This document shows, piece by piece, positions 11,387 to 24,969 of a DNA stretch of 64,000 nt; within the stretch, counting starts at the first letter, position 1, and the number at the start of each line of letters is the position of its first letter. The position numbers and the translations under genes are program-made. The stretch spans positions 682,001 to 746,000 of the forward strand of contig JAMWBK010000001.1 of the NCBI GenBank assembly GCA_029953675.1. The letters run 5' to 3'. The DNA comes from Rhodosorus marinus CCMP1338. Taxonomy: Eukaryota > Plantae > Rhodophyta. Below the pieces are notes generated by a model that worked only from the letters and a program-made list of their open reading frames with translations, ran no database searches and was not told the origin of the DNA.

Positions 11387-13492
11387 ATGGCAGCTGTCGA
11401 CGACAATCCGAGTATCGAGCTGTGTGCGGAGAATTTCAACATCATCTGCGAGGATCCGGGCTCGGTCGTGAGGAATTACTTCGGAGACGAGCAGTATTGC
11501 TGTGACACTTCCTTCTTTGGGGGAAACAACCCGCTCGAGCCATGGGTGGGGTACGTGATTATACTGGGATTCGGACTGGTTTTCGGACTGTTCACTGTCG
11601 GTCTGGTGTACATCGACTGGAAGCTTCTCAGAACCAAGGCCACGTCAGAGTGGTTCAACACTGCGGGACGAACGATTAAAACGGGACTGACTGCGTCTGT
11701 CATTGTATCGCAGTGGACGTGGGCTGCAACGCTTCTCCAGAGTTCAAACGTGGCCTTTCGATTCGGAATCTCGGGACCGTTCTGGTACGCGGCCGGGGCG
11801 ACAGTCCAGGTCATCCTGTTCTCTATTCTCGCAGTACAAGTGAAGAGGAGGGCTCCAACATGCCATACTTTCCTCGAGATCATCCGGGCTCGGTGGGGCA
11901 AAATCGCCCACATTGTGTTCATGATTTTCGGGTTCATCACGAACATCATCGTGACGAGTATGTTGATCCTCGGAGGGTCTGCGGTCGTAAACGCTCTGAC
12001 AGGAATCGACACGGACGTAGCGTCCATCTTGATTCCCCTGGGCGTGATTGTGTACACTCTGGCTGGCGGTCTGAAGGCGACATTCGTTGCTTCCTACTTC
12101 AACACGGCGGTCATTTTGATTTCCTTGTGTATTTTCGCGTTTTTGACGTATGCGACGTTCCCGGAGCTTGGAAGCGCAGGAGCTGTTTACGACAGACTGC
12201 AGTACGTTGTCACAATTGAACCGGTCGAGGACAATCGCGATGGCTCCTACCTCACCATGTATTCGCTTCGAGGCTTCATGTTCGGGCTGACGAACATTGT
12301 CGGAAACTTCGGAACGGTCTTCGTTGATCAGGCGTATTGGCAGAGCGCCATCGCCGCAACTCCAACGGCCTCATGGAAAGGCTACATCCTGGGAGGACTT
12401 TGCTGGTTTTCGATCCCCTTCACGCTTGCGACCTCGCTGGGACTTGCAGCCAATGCCCTGTCTCTACCAGTCACTTTTGCTGAGGCCGGAGCGGGCCTCG
12501 TCCCACCAGCCACTGCAACTCATATGATGGGTACTGGCGGGTCGTTGCTCATCCTGATTATGCTCTTCATGGCCGTGACTTCGACCGGTGCCGCGGAACA
12601 GATTGCTGTATCGTCTTTGATCTCCTACGACATTTTCAGAACCTACGCCAAGCCAGAAGCCACTGGAAAGCAGATTATCCGCGTCTCCAGAATCTGCATC
12701 GCTTTGTACGGTATCTTCAGCGGATGTCTAGGAATAGCCCTGAACCACATAGGTATTAGCCTGGGCTGGCTGTACTTGTTCATGGGTGTCCTGATTGGAT
12801 CTGCGGTAGTCCCGGTAGCTCTGTCTATTTGTTGGAAGGGAGCAAACGGAACTGGCGCAGTTATTGCAGCGATTACCGGAATGCTGGGCGCGCTCGCCGT
12901 GTGGCTCGGGTTTGGCTCGAGCTTCGAAGGCGGAGTTACGATTGATAACTTGGGCCGGGACGAGGTTATGCTTGCCGGCAACTTGGTGGCCATCGGCTTG
13001 TCCGCTATTATTGTGATCGGCTACTCCCTCTGGCGGCCCGAGAACTGTGATTGGGAAACAACGACAAAGCAGATTCCCCTCATTGAGGAGGATCCCAATG
13101 CCCACTTGACGCAGGCTACTGAGGAGGAGATGACCAGTGCCCTCAAGTGGATCATGATTTGGGGAATCGGGCTCAGTCTTGTCCTCGTCGTAGTTTGGCC
13201 TCTGCTAACTCTACCACTGCCAGTGTTTACTTCGGGCTATTGGACGTTCTGGGTTGTTCTGTCCATTCTTTGGGGTTTGCTGGCCACAATCGCTATGGTT
13301 ATTTTGCCGGTCTACGAGTCCAAGAGCGCGGTTCTCGGTGTTCTGTCATGCGGCAAAGTCGTCACGAAGGAAAGGAAGGCGTATCTGGACAGCCTTGCTG
13401 AACAGGAGAAACTGCAAGATGCCGTCAACTCGTTCGATGAAGTTGAAGCTCAAGAAGTTGATCCCGTGGACGACGTTTCCTTTGAGTCATGA
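11387..13492 (+). CDS. DUR3: Urea-proton symporter DUR3 (sodium:solute symporter family), intronless, ~701 aa
   Basis: Multi-TM ORF with SFFGG...GYVIILGFG, SEWFNTAGRTIKTGLTASVIVSQWTWAATLLQSS, GNFGTVFVDQAYWQSAIAA; ATG at 11387 chosen inside ORF 11300-13492. Confidence 0.95.
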   Translation: MAAVDDNPSIELCAENFNIICEDPGSVVRNYFGDEQYCCDTSFFGGNNPLEPWVGYVIILGFGLVFGLFTVGLVYIDWKLLRTKATSEWFNTAGRTIKTGLTASVIVSQWTWAATLLQSSNVAFRFGISGPFWYAAGATVQVILFSILAVQVKRRAPTCHTFLEIIRARWGKIAHIVFMIFGFITNIIVTSMLILGGSAVVNALTGIDTDVASILIPLGVIVYTLAGGLKATFVASYFNTAVILISLCIFAFLTYATFPELGSAGAVYDRLQYVVTIEPVEDNRDGSYLTMYSLRGFMFGLTNIVGNFGTVFVDQAYWQSAIAATPTASWKGYILGGLCWFSIPFTLATSLGLAANALSLPVTFAEAGAGLVPPATATHMMGTGGSLLILIMLFMAVTSTGAAEQIAVSSLISYDIFRTYAKPEATGKQIIRVSRICIALYGIFSGCLGIALNHIGISLGWLYLFMGVLIGSAVVPVALSICWKGANGTGAVIAAITGMLGALAVWLGFGSSFEGGVTIDNLGRDEVMLAGNLVAIGLSAIIVIGYSLWRPENCDWETTTKQIPLIEEDPNAHLTQATEEEMTSALKWIMIWGIGLSLVLVVVWPLLTLPLPVFTSGYWTFWVVLSILWGLLATIAMVILPVYESKSAVLGVLSCGKVVTKERKAYLDSLAEQEKLQDAVNSFDEVEAQEVDPVDDVSFES

Positions 13493-13824
13493 ATTTAGGA
13501 GGGTTTTCCCTCTCTCAACTTGCATCCTTTTGCAAAACTAATGCGGGAAAAGAGCTGACAAAGCGGCAAAACCCCATTGGTCACCACTTGCGACTGTTCA
13601 ACCTGGCTATTCTCTCGGCCCCTACTGAGGTGCTCTAGGCATCGGCTTCCCCCCGTTACGGCAAAAGAACGGGAATTGAAACTTGAACTAATGATAAAAA
13701 CCAATTTTCCGAGCCCGATTGTTGCACATTTCCTGATACACTCATCTTCTCCCTCTCTTCATCCTGACTGGCTTTGCGAGAACGCCCTGCCGCCCACCCC
13801 CCACGTCCACATTCCCTTTGCCAG

Positions 13825-14030
13825 CCTGTTGGTGTCCTTAACCTTGGCATTCTTGTCACGGTTAGCCTTTTTATAGTTCTAACAATCCCATGTCAAGAAC
13901 GAGATCCTGTAACGCATCCGCCTGTTCCTGTCTTTACCTTGACATTCTTGGCACGCTGAGAGTATGGGCTTTATCGATCTTAACTTTCCTTTATTAGTTC
14001 TGACAATCACAAGTCAAGAACGAGACCCCT
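13825..14030. repeat. Two-unit decayed tandem repeat (~95-110 bp), each unit with an internal inverted repeat
   Basis: CCTG..CCTTG.CATTCTTG.CACG and TAGTTCT.ACAATC.CA.GTCAAGAACGAGA each occur twice; CATTCTTG is near-complementary to CAAGAACG. Confidence 0.8.
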
Positions 14031-14065
14031 CGCAGTTATGGACAATCGAATCGTCTGCTTCTCTA

Positions 14066-17000
14066 TTAACCGTCCTCATACTTGACCAGCTTGATACTGG
14101 GTCCTTGTGCTGGATTGTCGAGGTCCTTGTAGTGAGGTACTCGGGACGCCCTAGGGTCTATAGGTCCTTGATTCATTGGAGGCGGTCTCATCGGCATTCC
14201 TCGTCCGCGTCCACGCACCATGCCAGGCAAGGGTGGGGGAGCCCACTGAGGCCTGAACGGAGCAAACCGCGGAGAGGGTCGGTTCATACCAAAGTTTTGA
14301 TTCTCCTGCACGGCGGAGCCATCGATTCTATTCGGGTCGGCAACGTAGTTCTCAAGGAACAGTTCCTCGTCTGCGTCCGACAACACCTATTCAAGTTCGT
14401 CGCGGTCAGCTTTTTAAACTTTTCAGATTCGCTAGTTGTTTCATGCCGTACCTTATTCCTAGCGTCCACGTGCTTGAGACGCAAGTGTTTGTGGACGAAC
14501 TCCACACCCATGAACAACTTGTACGGTGGCAGGGCACATCTGAATCGACCCTGTTCGATATCCATCACTGATCAGTCGGAATTCACTTTGTTTCCAACGA
14601 GGTACGATTGATAGCCAGCGTTTTTTACCTCTCCTTCGGTCCTTGTGTTGGCATCAAACCATTCCTGGAGCTTCTTGTTCCTTCGCGCGCTTCCGTCTTG
14701 CGCTCCATTTCGAGCTTTGTCTCCTCTCCTCGCAAGAATTTCTGCAACTTTATCGTCCACTTTTCGTTCCCAATTTCCTTTCTGTAGGTTATGAAATAAA
14801 CAGAAAAAGCACGAGGGCCGTTCATTAGCAGCTATAGTAGTCTAGGCTCGGGAGATCCCTCCTTGTTCTGAAAAGGCTTACATCCCCAGAACTAGAGATG
14901 GCGATGACCACATTCGGGTCGATCTTAGGCCTTGTGGCCATTTCTGGCAAAGCCGTTGGATCATCAGGGTTTTCACTGCCGGAGTAATACGCGAAACAGT
15001 GAACTTTGTAGAGATAGTGAATGCACAAATCAAGCTGTCTGGACTCATCTTCGACGGACTAAATACCACAACAAGCGAAGACTGTGAGTCAGATACTTCC
15101 TCGAGGGCTCTTGACAGCTCTGCGGGTTGTTCACGTGCGTGTTGCGTACTACAAGAAACTCCTCCGTGAAGGGGTTCCGCCCCTCCACCTCTCGATATTT
15201 GTCCATGTGGCGCATCACAGCAATCACTTGTTCACGATCATGCTTCAGTCTCGGTGCAGTCGCTGCAATTTTCGGCAGTACGTTGTTACGATGCACAAAT
15301 CTCTTCTCCCTCTCCTTGTTCAAGGAAACGTCGAATCTGTAGATCACGTTCGCCCTTGGCTGTACCTAGGGAAACCGGAAATCAAAACTTGTAGGTCAGG
15401 GACCACAGCACGGGCAAATTATAACAACAGGCGAACAGAGAGTGAGAGGACCTCTGCGTTCGGCGCTTCCACAGGTTCCGCATCGTCAGTTTTTGCGTTT
15501 TGGTCGCCCCCCTCGCCTTCTTCTTCCTCCACTCCTTCCGCGGGTTCCTTTTCTTTCTCTTCGGTGTCCTTAGGAGGAGCTTCACTGCTAGGATCCACCT
15601 CTGACCGCTTCTTAACATCGTCTGCAGTAGGAGCTGCGGCGACCGGTTCCCTTATTACCTTATCCCGCACTTCTTCACACGCGGCGTTCGCTATTTCGGC
15701 GCTTTCGTATTTCGCCCAGGCAAACCTCGAGAGGCCTCGCATCGGTTGAACCTCACCAATCCGTAAGGACACTACCTTGTACTTCCTATCTCGTGTCAAA
15801 TGCCAATGGAAATGGAGGGACTCAGTTCGCTTCAAGCATTCCGTCCGACACCATCTGCTGTGATCACCCATATCGTGCAACTGGAATTTGAAACCTTCGC
15901 GCCATAAGGAGAACAAGTCTTACCCTTCGCAAGAGAGTCCCTCCCGTAGTTGCGCACGCGTAACCCTGGTAGGAATGCCTCGAATGAACAAGGTATCAAT
16001 CGGCTTTGGCAGATTTGACGGCCCCACTTCACTGCCCTTCTTCTCGTTTAATCTTTCAGGGGTATCCCTTTCAGGTTGGTCCTGTTGTTTGAAATGATTC
16101 AAAACATCAGACATCCAGATTGAGTTGTGGATCCGCAAATTTGACACTCTTGACACTCTACAAAACCGCTATACGTACGTCCTTTCCCTCCTCGCTCTTG
16201 TGTTCACCTTCGCTCGCAATTTCGCCTCCTTCCCTCGCCTCGGCTTTTTGTTCATCCTCTGCCGGTACCGGTTTGCTGTCCGCTTCCTTTGTCTGATCAG
16301 CGACCTGCAAGTTCAACACCGCGTTAACCAAAAGTAGTAAGGGCACAGTTTCTTTGAACCTCCTTCAGTCATACCAGCTCAGGGAGTGCTGTATCTCCAG
16401 ACGCCTCCAGCTCCTCTGTAAACACCCTCAACCGCTCCGCAGTTTCTTCTTTGATTTGCTTCATCCGACTTCGAATAACAGCCGGGTGGTATTTTTCGCG
16501 GAACCATTCTTCCTTTTTGTGTTCATCAAAGAACACGTTGGGCTGCTTCTTTCGGACCTGGCTCCCCGACCACAATGATATTGAGGTTAGAAAACCAGCG
16601 AAGTAAAGCTGGAAGCCACGGACAAACACACGCTGACGCACCTCAACAACATATGCTTCGTATCTAATCTTGGCTTCCTCCGGGGAGATATCGTCACGCT
16701 GATTCATCAAGAACTCACGGAAGGAAAGCGGATCCTCAGATTCCCTGTAGGAGCGAATGATTTGATAAGTTCAACGGAACAAGACGAAGATCGCTTTACC
16801 CCTCAAGCTTTTCGTTGCGACTCTCACCTCGCGTCTCCTTTTCTCCTAGGGAACGGAAGATCGTCATCGTCGTGTCTTCGCCGCTTTCCACGTTGATCAA
16901 AATCGTAGTTGAAGTCACGATCTCTCCTGCGTCCCATTCCTTCATCGTGGAACCTGCCTCCCCCTCGTCGATACCTGAGTAGAACAACGCAAACAAAACC

Positions 17001-17229
17001 TGAACTATTAGTCCTTCCGGCCGTCAAGGCACGAGAGCGGGAATTCTTGCAGCTTTGTTCCCGTGAGCCAAGAGTAAAAGAAAAATAAACAGTATAAAAA
17101 GACACAAAAAAACAGAGCAACCCGACAAACTTACGGGGGTCCCATTCCTCCCCTCATCACGTCCTGGTCATAGTAATCAAACTGCCTCCGACCACGACCT
17201 CCTCCTCGTCGTCCCTCGTCTTCAGACAT
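14066..17229 (-). CDS. SRRT: SERRATE/ARS2 homolog (multi-exon)
   Basis: RG/RD-rich N-terminus; FFDEHKKEEWFREKYHP; RRM-like TLFIRGIPTRVTRAQL; KLFMGVEFVHKHLRLKH; C-terminal DPRASRVPHYKDLDNP; GT-AG introns join the ORF pieces. Confidence 0.9.
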
Positions 17230-18535
17230 ACTTAAAGGGTGTATCCAAAGAGTATCGTGCTACTTGATCATTTCCATTCACATGGAATTCCATTCCGTTG
17301 CGGATCCCCTTCCACAAACCCGTCCCTCTTCCCAAACTGTTTAACTAAAAGCGCGCACGCGCATAAAAAGCACCTTGCGAAACCCCGAAATCATTTAAAA
17401 TCGTTTCAAGCTAAATTTACGCAGGCCAAATATGGACTCTACGACTACCACCTATGTTCCTCTCTGCGCCCAATTATCAAGGACAATGTTCCACAAATGC
17501 GCGGATAAGTTTTTCTGATAATTTTGCACGGGCGAGAATATACCAAGAAAAATATGTTCCTCTTTTGCTGGATATTGATTGAACGTAATTTTTTCTTCCC
17601 TTCGGCACAGCAAGCGGCCAAATGTTCCGCGACAAGTGATGAGTTGGAGAACTTCCCGTGGACGTGCTCGTAATGCTTAGGATTGAGGAAAGACCGGTTG
17701 CTCTGGACATTCTACCGAGAATGATGTGATCAAAGTTAGTTTGCTTCGACGCTCTTACTTGGGCGCCCCTCACTCCCGCCACGATTCCAGCTGAAACAAC
17801 AGCCCAAACCCACGAAATACTCTCAAGTTTTCTACAGGTATTGAGAGCAGACTCAGCAATAGACTGAATACCACCATCGCCTAGTAGAAGAGACATTCTA
17901 TGATAGCGCAAGAGTGTCAGAAGAGCCCTTTCCGTGCCTCTACATGATGCTGGAAGATTCCAAGTCGGTGCACGGAAGCTGCAAGCAACTGACACTGTCC
18001 GGGAATCGGGTGATAGGACAAAGAAGAAAAATCATATTGATTGATTGACTGATATTTGGTCGTTTTATTTACAAAATTTCAATAATAGTGCTGAAAATGA
18101 TTGAGGAAACGCCAACCCGTCCCATCCACGATCATTTGGAAGTCTCGGGGGCCAGCACAGACAGGCATCGATTCCGAGACCAGGCTAGGCCTTTCAAAAG
18201 GTTCGACGCATCTTCTTTGATATTAACAGATTTGTTTCAGAAGATTCTCCTCCCGTGGTTCACCTCTTCTTCCGGAAAATTTCAGAATGAGTTGTTCGTT
18301 CTATTTTGGACGGGAGTTTGTTGCTCCCAGGCATATCTCGGGTGCTCGAACTTTGGGATGTCTTGTGCAGGCCCTTTTCTCCACATGCGCTGAAAACAAA
18401 AGAATCATTCGGAATAGGTTCCTAGCGCTAGGCGACCATACCGTGTTTGCCCGCAGAGGCGAGGCAAAACTTTCATGCTCGCTTAAAAAAAAACACCGCG
18501 CGAGATTAAACACGCAGACATCTGCGCGAAATATC

Positions 18536-21198
<2,663 letters not shown>

Positions 21199-22697
21199 CA
21201 CTGATTCTATCTAAATCAGAGAGGAAGCTAAACCCACGCCAAAACGAAAACCACCAATACACCAGCAAAACTCTACTGACCATCCAAAACTGCCGAACCA
21301 CTACAACCTTTCCTCCAAAGAAGAACCCAAAAGAAAAAAACCAGCAATTAATCTGATTCTCTTCTCTACCTTATTATCTCCCCTGCCAACTCAGCCTCCA
21401 TCAAAGCCAAACCCTTCTCGAAGAACCGGAAAAGAGCAGCAACATCCACTTTATCCTCATTCAAAACGACGGTGGACTTGATTTCCATGAGAAAAGCCAG
21501 AGAACAAGAAAGAAGGTAGCGAGAACTCCCCCACACTGAACCAACAATCCTTGCCACCGAGAAAGGCCAAAAGACCCAACCAAAAGAGTACCTTCAATTA
21601 CTTTTCCACAAGCTTGTCTTTTTCAGGGACGAGCGACCTAGCACATCCTCATGAAGACGGTGCAGCCTTGGACTTTTCTCCATTAACAAAGGCAGCCGAA
21701 ACAAAGGGAACTTTGGCAACAACAAAACAACGAAACAAAATATCGCGAAGGCTATCACAAAAAGCTTCCTCAATGAGTTGGGTTTCGAGAAACCCTAGCG
21801 TTGGAAGGTTCCGTATCTCACAGCAGCTCGGCTCCTTCATTAAGAAGAAAATCAAAAAGGAGATGTCTTGACTACAATCCTCGATTTTTGTTGAAGGTCA
21901 AATCTCGGTGACAATCACCACCCCTCCCAGACCAAAAGCTTAGAGAGTTACGACGACATCGAGTCAAATGAAGGAATGAAGGAATTCTACGAGCCGAGAA
22001 AGATCATCAGAGTAATCTCGGAAGTAAACCCGCAACCTAAAGCGTGAAAGTCCAAGACTTTGGCAGGCAGATGAGCTCAGTCAGCGGTGACTGAGGTGTA
22101 GGTGGCCGCCTTCTCATAATTCTGGATGCAAGGCGTGAAGCAGGAGACTAGTTCCGAACGTTACGGGGACATGGTAGTCGTCAGATTCAATTACGTAGCC
22201 CAGTCGCAATCCTGAACAACCAGATGGAGAGGGTTTGAAACCTCATCGAGGAAATCTTATTGACGACATTTTCGGTCACACTGGGTGCGCCGGTGGAATC
22301 CGAAAGATGCTGGACAGAGCATGACCAGATAGCAAACCGGAGCGGATGATCTCAGAAGTAACTTGAAGATATCCAGTGCGTGTGTCGAACCCCTTGTCGG
22401 TGATTACCGATTCGTCCGACACACTCCGCATCTCCTACACCTGCAGCAGCTGAATTCAGTCTGGGGGTTCAGATAGGGTGGGAAGAACGGCCTTCATTGA
22501 GCGTTTGCAGAAAGGACTAACAACTATTAATACGATATGATCTGGTTCACTGATTCGTATGAAACCTGATCTTTATCACTAGAATTGTCTAGATCTTCAA
22601 GCCGATCAGCAAGAAGCTTCGGCAACGCATTCCAAATCTGCCAGGTTCCGGAAAAAACCCCTAGGAGTTGGGGGTTTCTAAACATTGTGAAGTTGTT

Positions 22698-23816
22698 TTA
22701 GCTAGTTAGAGAGTACAACAGGTCCATTTCAACGGCATGTTCTGATCTTCTATCGATCCTATCTTCTGCAGGAGTCTCCAATATCATCGGGATGTGGCTT
22801 AAGCGCTGGTGGTTCATGATTCGTTGAAATGTTTCCTGACCAATGCACCCTTTGCCGATCTTTTCGTGACGGTCAGCATTGCAGCCAAACTCGCCCTTGG
22901 AATCGTTGAGGTGTATTGCCTTGAGATAGTTCAGCCCAACAATCCTATCAAACTCCTCAACGGTTGTTTCGAGACCTTCTTCAGTCGATATGTCATAACC
23001 AGCGGCATAAGCGTGGCAGGTATCAAGACACACACCCACTCTATCTTTGTATACCACTTTGTCAACAATTGTTCTCAAATCCTCAAGCTGGCATCCGACC
23101 TTGGAGCCGCCTCCACACATGTTCTCAATCAAGATAACAACGTTTTCAACTTTGGATATCACTTGGTTCAGCCCTTCCGACACAAGTTCAAGGCCCTTCT
23201 CATGGGTAACTCCCCCGAGGGCAGATCCGGGATGAAAGTTGTAAAACGCCACTCCGAGTCTCGAGCAGCGGCTGACTTCTTCTTCGAGGCACTCCAGGCT
23301 CTTCTCGCGCATCGTTGGATCACCCGTAGCGAGGTTGATAAGGTACGACCCGTGAGGCACCGCATCTGCTGGCTTGTACCCGCATTTCTCCATCATTGCC
23401 TTGAAACGCTCTACCTCATCCTCTTTCATCGGCGGTGCTTTCCACGCTCGATGAGGCCTCGGGAAAAAGGCAAACGCCGTCGCACCAAGCTCTGCGGCCC
23501 TTAGGATGGCCGATGCGGCTCCTCCAGCAGCGGACACATGAGCACCCAGCCTCGTCTTCGGAAACTTCTCCCGTCGATCCTCAATCACCTCCAGCCACTC
23601 TGGCTCAACATTCTCAGGCTTTCCCACAACCTGATTCTTCTTCTTCTTAATCACGGATTTCTCCACCTTCTCAACCTTTACCTTCTTCTTTACACCAGCC
23701 TTGTCTCTCTTCGCGGTTCCTTTCGAGGCGGGTCGCTGAACTTCTTCATGCGCTTCGCCATCCCTCAGCTCCTCCGGTTCAGATTTCGCATTCCGCTTAC
23801 TCGAACGATTCCTCAT
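22698..23816 (-). CDS. APN1: AP endonuclease 1 / endonuclease IV with basic N-terminal extension, intronless
   Basis: LGAHVSAAGG, PHGSYLINL, NFHPGS, IENMCG, VCLDTCHAYAAGYD, IHLNDSK, DRHEKIG, ILETP motifs; Lys-rich N-terminus. Confidence 0.95.
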   Translation of the reverse strand: MRNRSSKRNAKSEPEELRDGEAHEEVQRPASKGTAKRDKAGVKKKVKVEKVEKSVIKKKKNQVVGKPENVEPEWLEVIEDRREKFPKTRLGAHVSAAGGAASAILRAAELGATAFAFFPRPHRAWKAPPMKEDEVERFKAMMEKCGYKPADAVPHGSYLINLATGDPTMREKSLECLEEEVSRCSRLGVAFYNFHPGSALGGVTHEKGLELVSEGLNQVISKVENVVILIENMCGGGSKVGCQLEDLRTIVDKVVYKDRVGVCLDTCHAYAAGYDISTEEGLETTVEEFDRIVGLNYLKAIHLNDSKGEFGCNADRHEKIGKGCIGQETFQRIMNHQRLSHIPMILETPAEDRIDRRSEHAVEMDLLYSLTS

Positions 23817-24969
23817 TGTCTTTTCAAATACTCAAAAGCTCCACTTAACAACGGCACCGTCAATAAGACAACCTCATCGGAAAACCATCCGAGCCTTCTT
23901 CCTTAAGCCACCGGGAAAGCACTATTCATCACCAACGTAGCAAACAATAAGCTAACAATAGGAAGCCTAGTCGGGGGATCCATCTCAAAGCCAATCGTTC
24001 TACTTCCAGCTCGGAAGATTTCGATCTTCATCATGCCTTTGTTCGATGGCCACTCTGGGCACTTCATGTCCGGTGCCATCACATCCTTTGCGAGGTGAAT
24101 CCATTACGAGCGCGAGCTTGAACACTGAGATCGCAAAGAATTTGGTAGGACTCCATAAAGAGTGAGGAAGACTGGTCCAGAGTCGATCTGGAAGCCAGTC
24201 CTTTTAGTCCGGCTCTCCACAATCATTCCAGTCTTCATCAAAAAACCAAGCATTGAGGTCTGGATTTGTTGCTAAAAGCGGAGTTTAGCTAGTCAGAAGC
24301 CCTCAACTAAGTCTTGCGACGAGTTGCCAGATGGTTCTGTGTTCACAGGCCAAAAGAACAGACCCTAGCTCTTTGGTGATCGATTGGTGCATCTGAGAAG
24401 GCGCTACCAACCGAGCGTTAAGCCAGCGGCTGATAAGCCTCCTTAATGAGCAGGGCTGAGTTTGCTCATCGTATAGATAGGCTTCAGGAAGATTGTTACT
24501 GATCCATCCGCTCGACAAGTTAAACCTTGAGTGGTCTAGGGCCATTACGGCGTAAGAGCTTCGTGCAAGTTGACTATCGCAATAGCGCTGGTTCATCCTT
24601 GCCAAAGGCTGTAGGGGTTGAACGAGTCCAGTTCCTCCTTTCGGCTGCGAGTTCGCTAGTGTTTGTGAGCAATCCTGGCTCGATGCAGCTATAGGAAGCC
24701 GCACTGCACTGGTAGGTCCAGGGCCCTATTGACAGCGCGGAGTTGATGCATTGATGCCGTAGCTCTAGTGTTACTCGCCGTTTTGGTTGTGACGATTCCA
24801 TAGCCTCAGCTCTGCCTGATATCTCATCAACCTCGCGCAACAGGCAGTCATTGGCGTAGCATATGATCACTGAAGGCGGGTGAGCTGAGCTGTCCCGCTA
24901 TTCAGTACGGAGGTGCATTACTCCCCCACATAGGCAGTACAGAACCAACAAAGAAAACGAAAATCTCAT

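Noticed and set aside
11476-13541. Several antisense and alternate-frame ORFs over DUR3 (likewise over APN1, SERRATE, TUL1-like and GlyRS)
   Set aside because: Shadow ORFs of real genes; no motifs of their own.
17477-18400. 172-aa minus-strand ORF and possible extra 3' exons of the kinase
   Set aside because: Plausible splice sites exist, but I could not choose a frame-consistent model or recognise any motif; left uncalled.
22200-22620. LSVITDS as a retroelement RNase H remnant
   Set aside because: A single short motif with no collinear support.
22652-22677. Hairpin plus T-tract after APN1 as a bacterial intrinsic terminator (recent gene transfer)
   Set aside because: Only a 4-bp GC core; the gene has a eukaryote-style basic extension; homopolymer runs are common in this window.
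24000-24900. ORFs of 98-133 aa and HQKTKH (Copia RNase H-like)
   Set aside because: All frames are interrupted; one weak motif is not enough.
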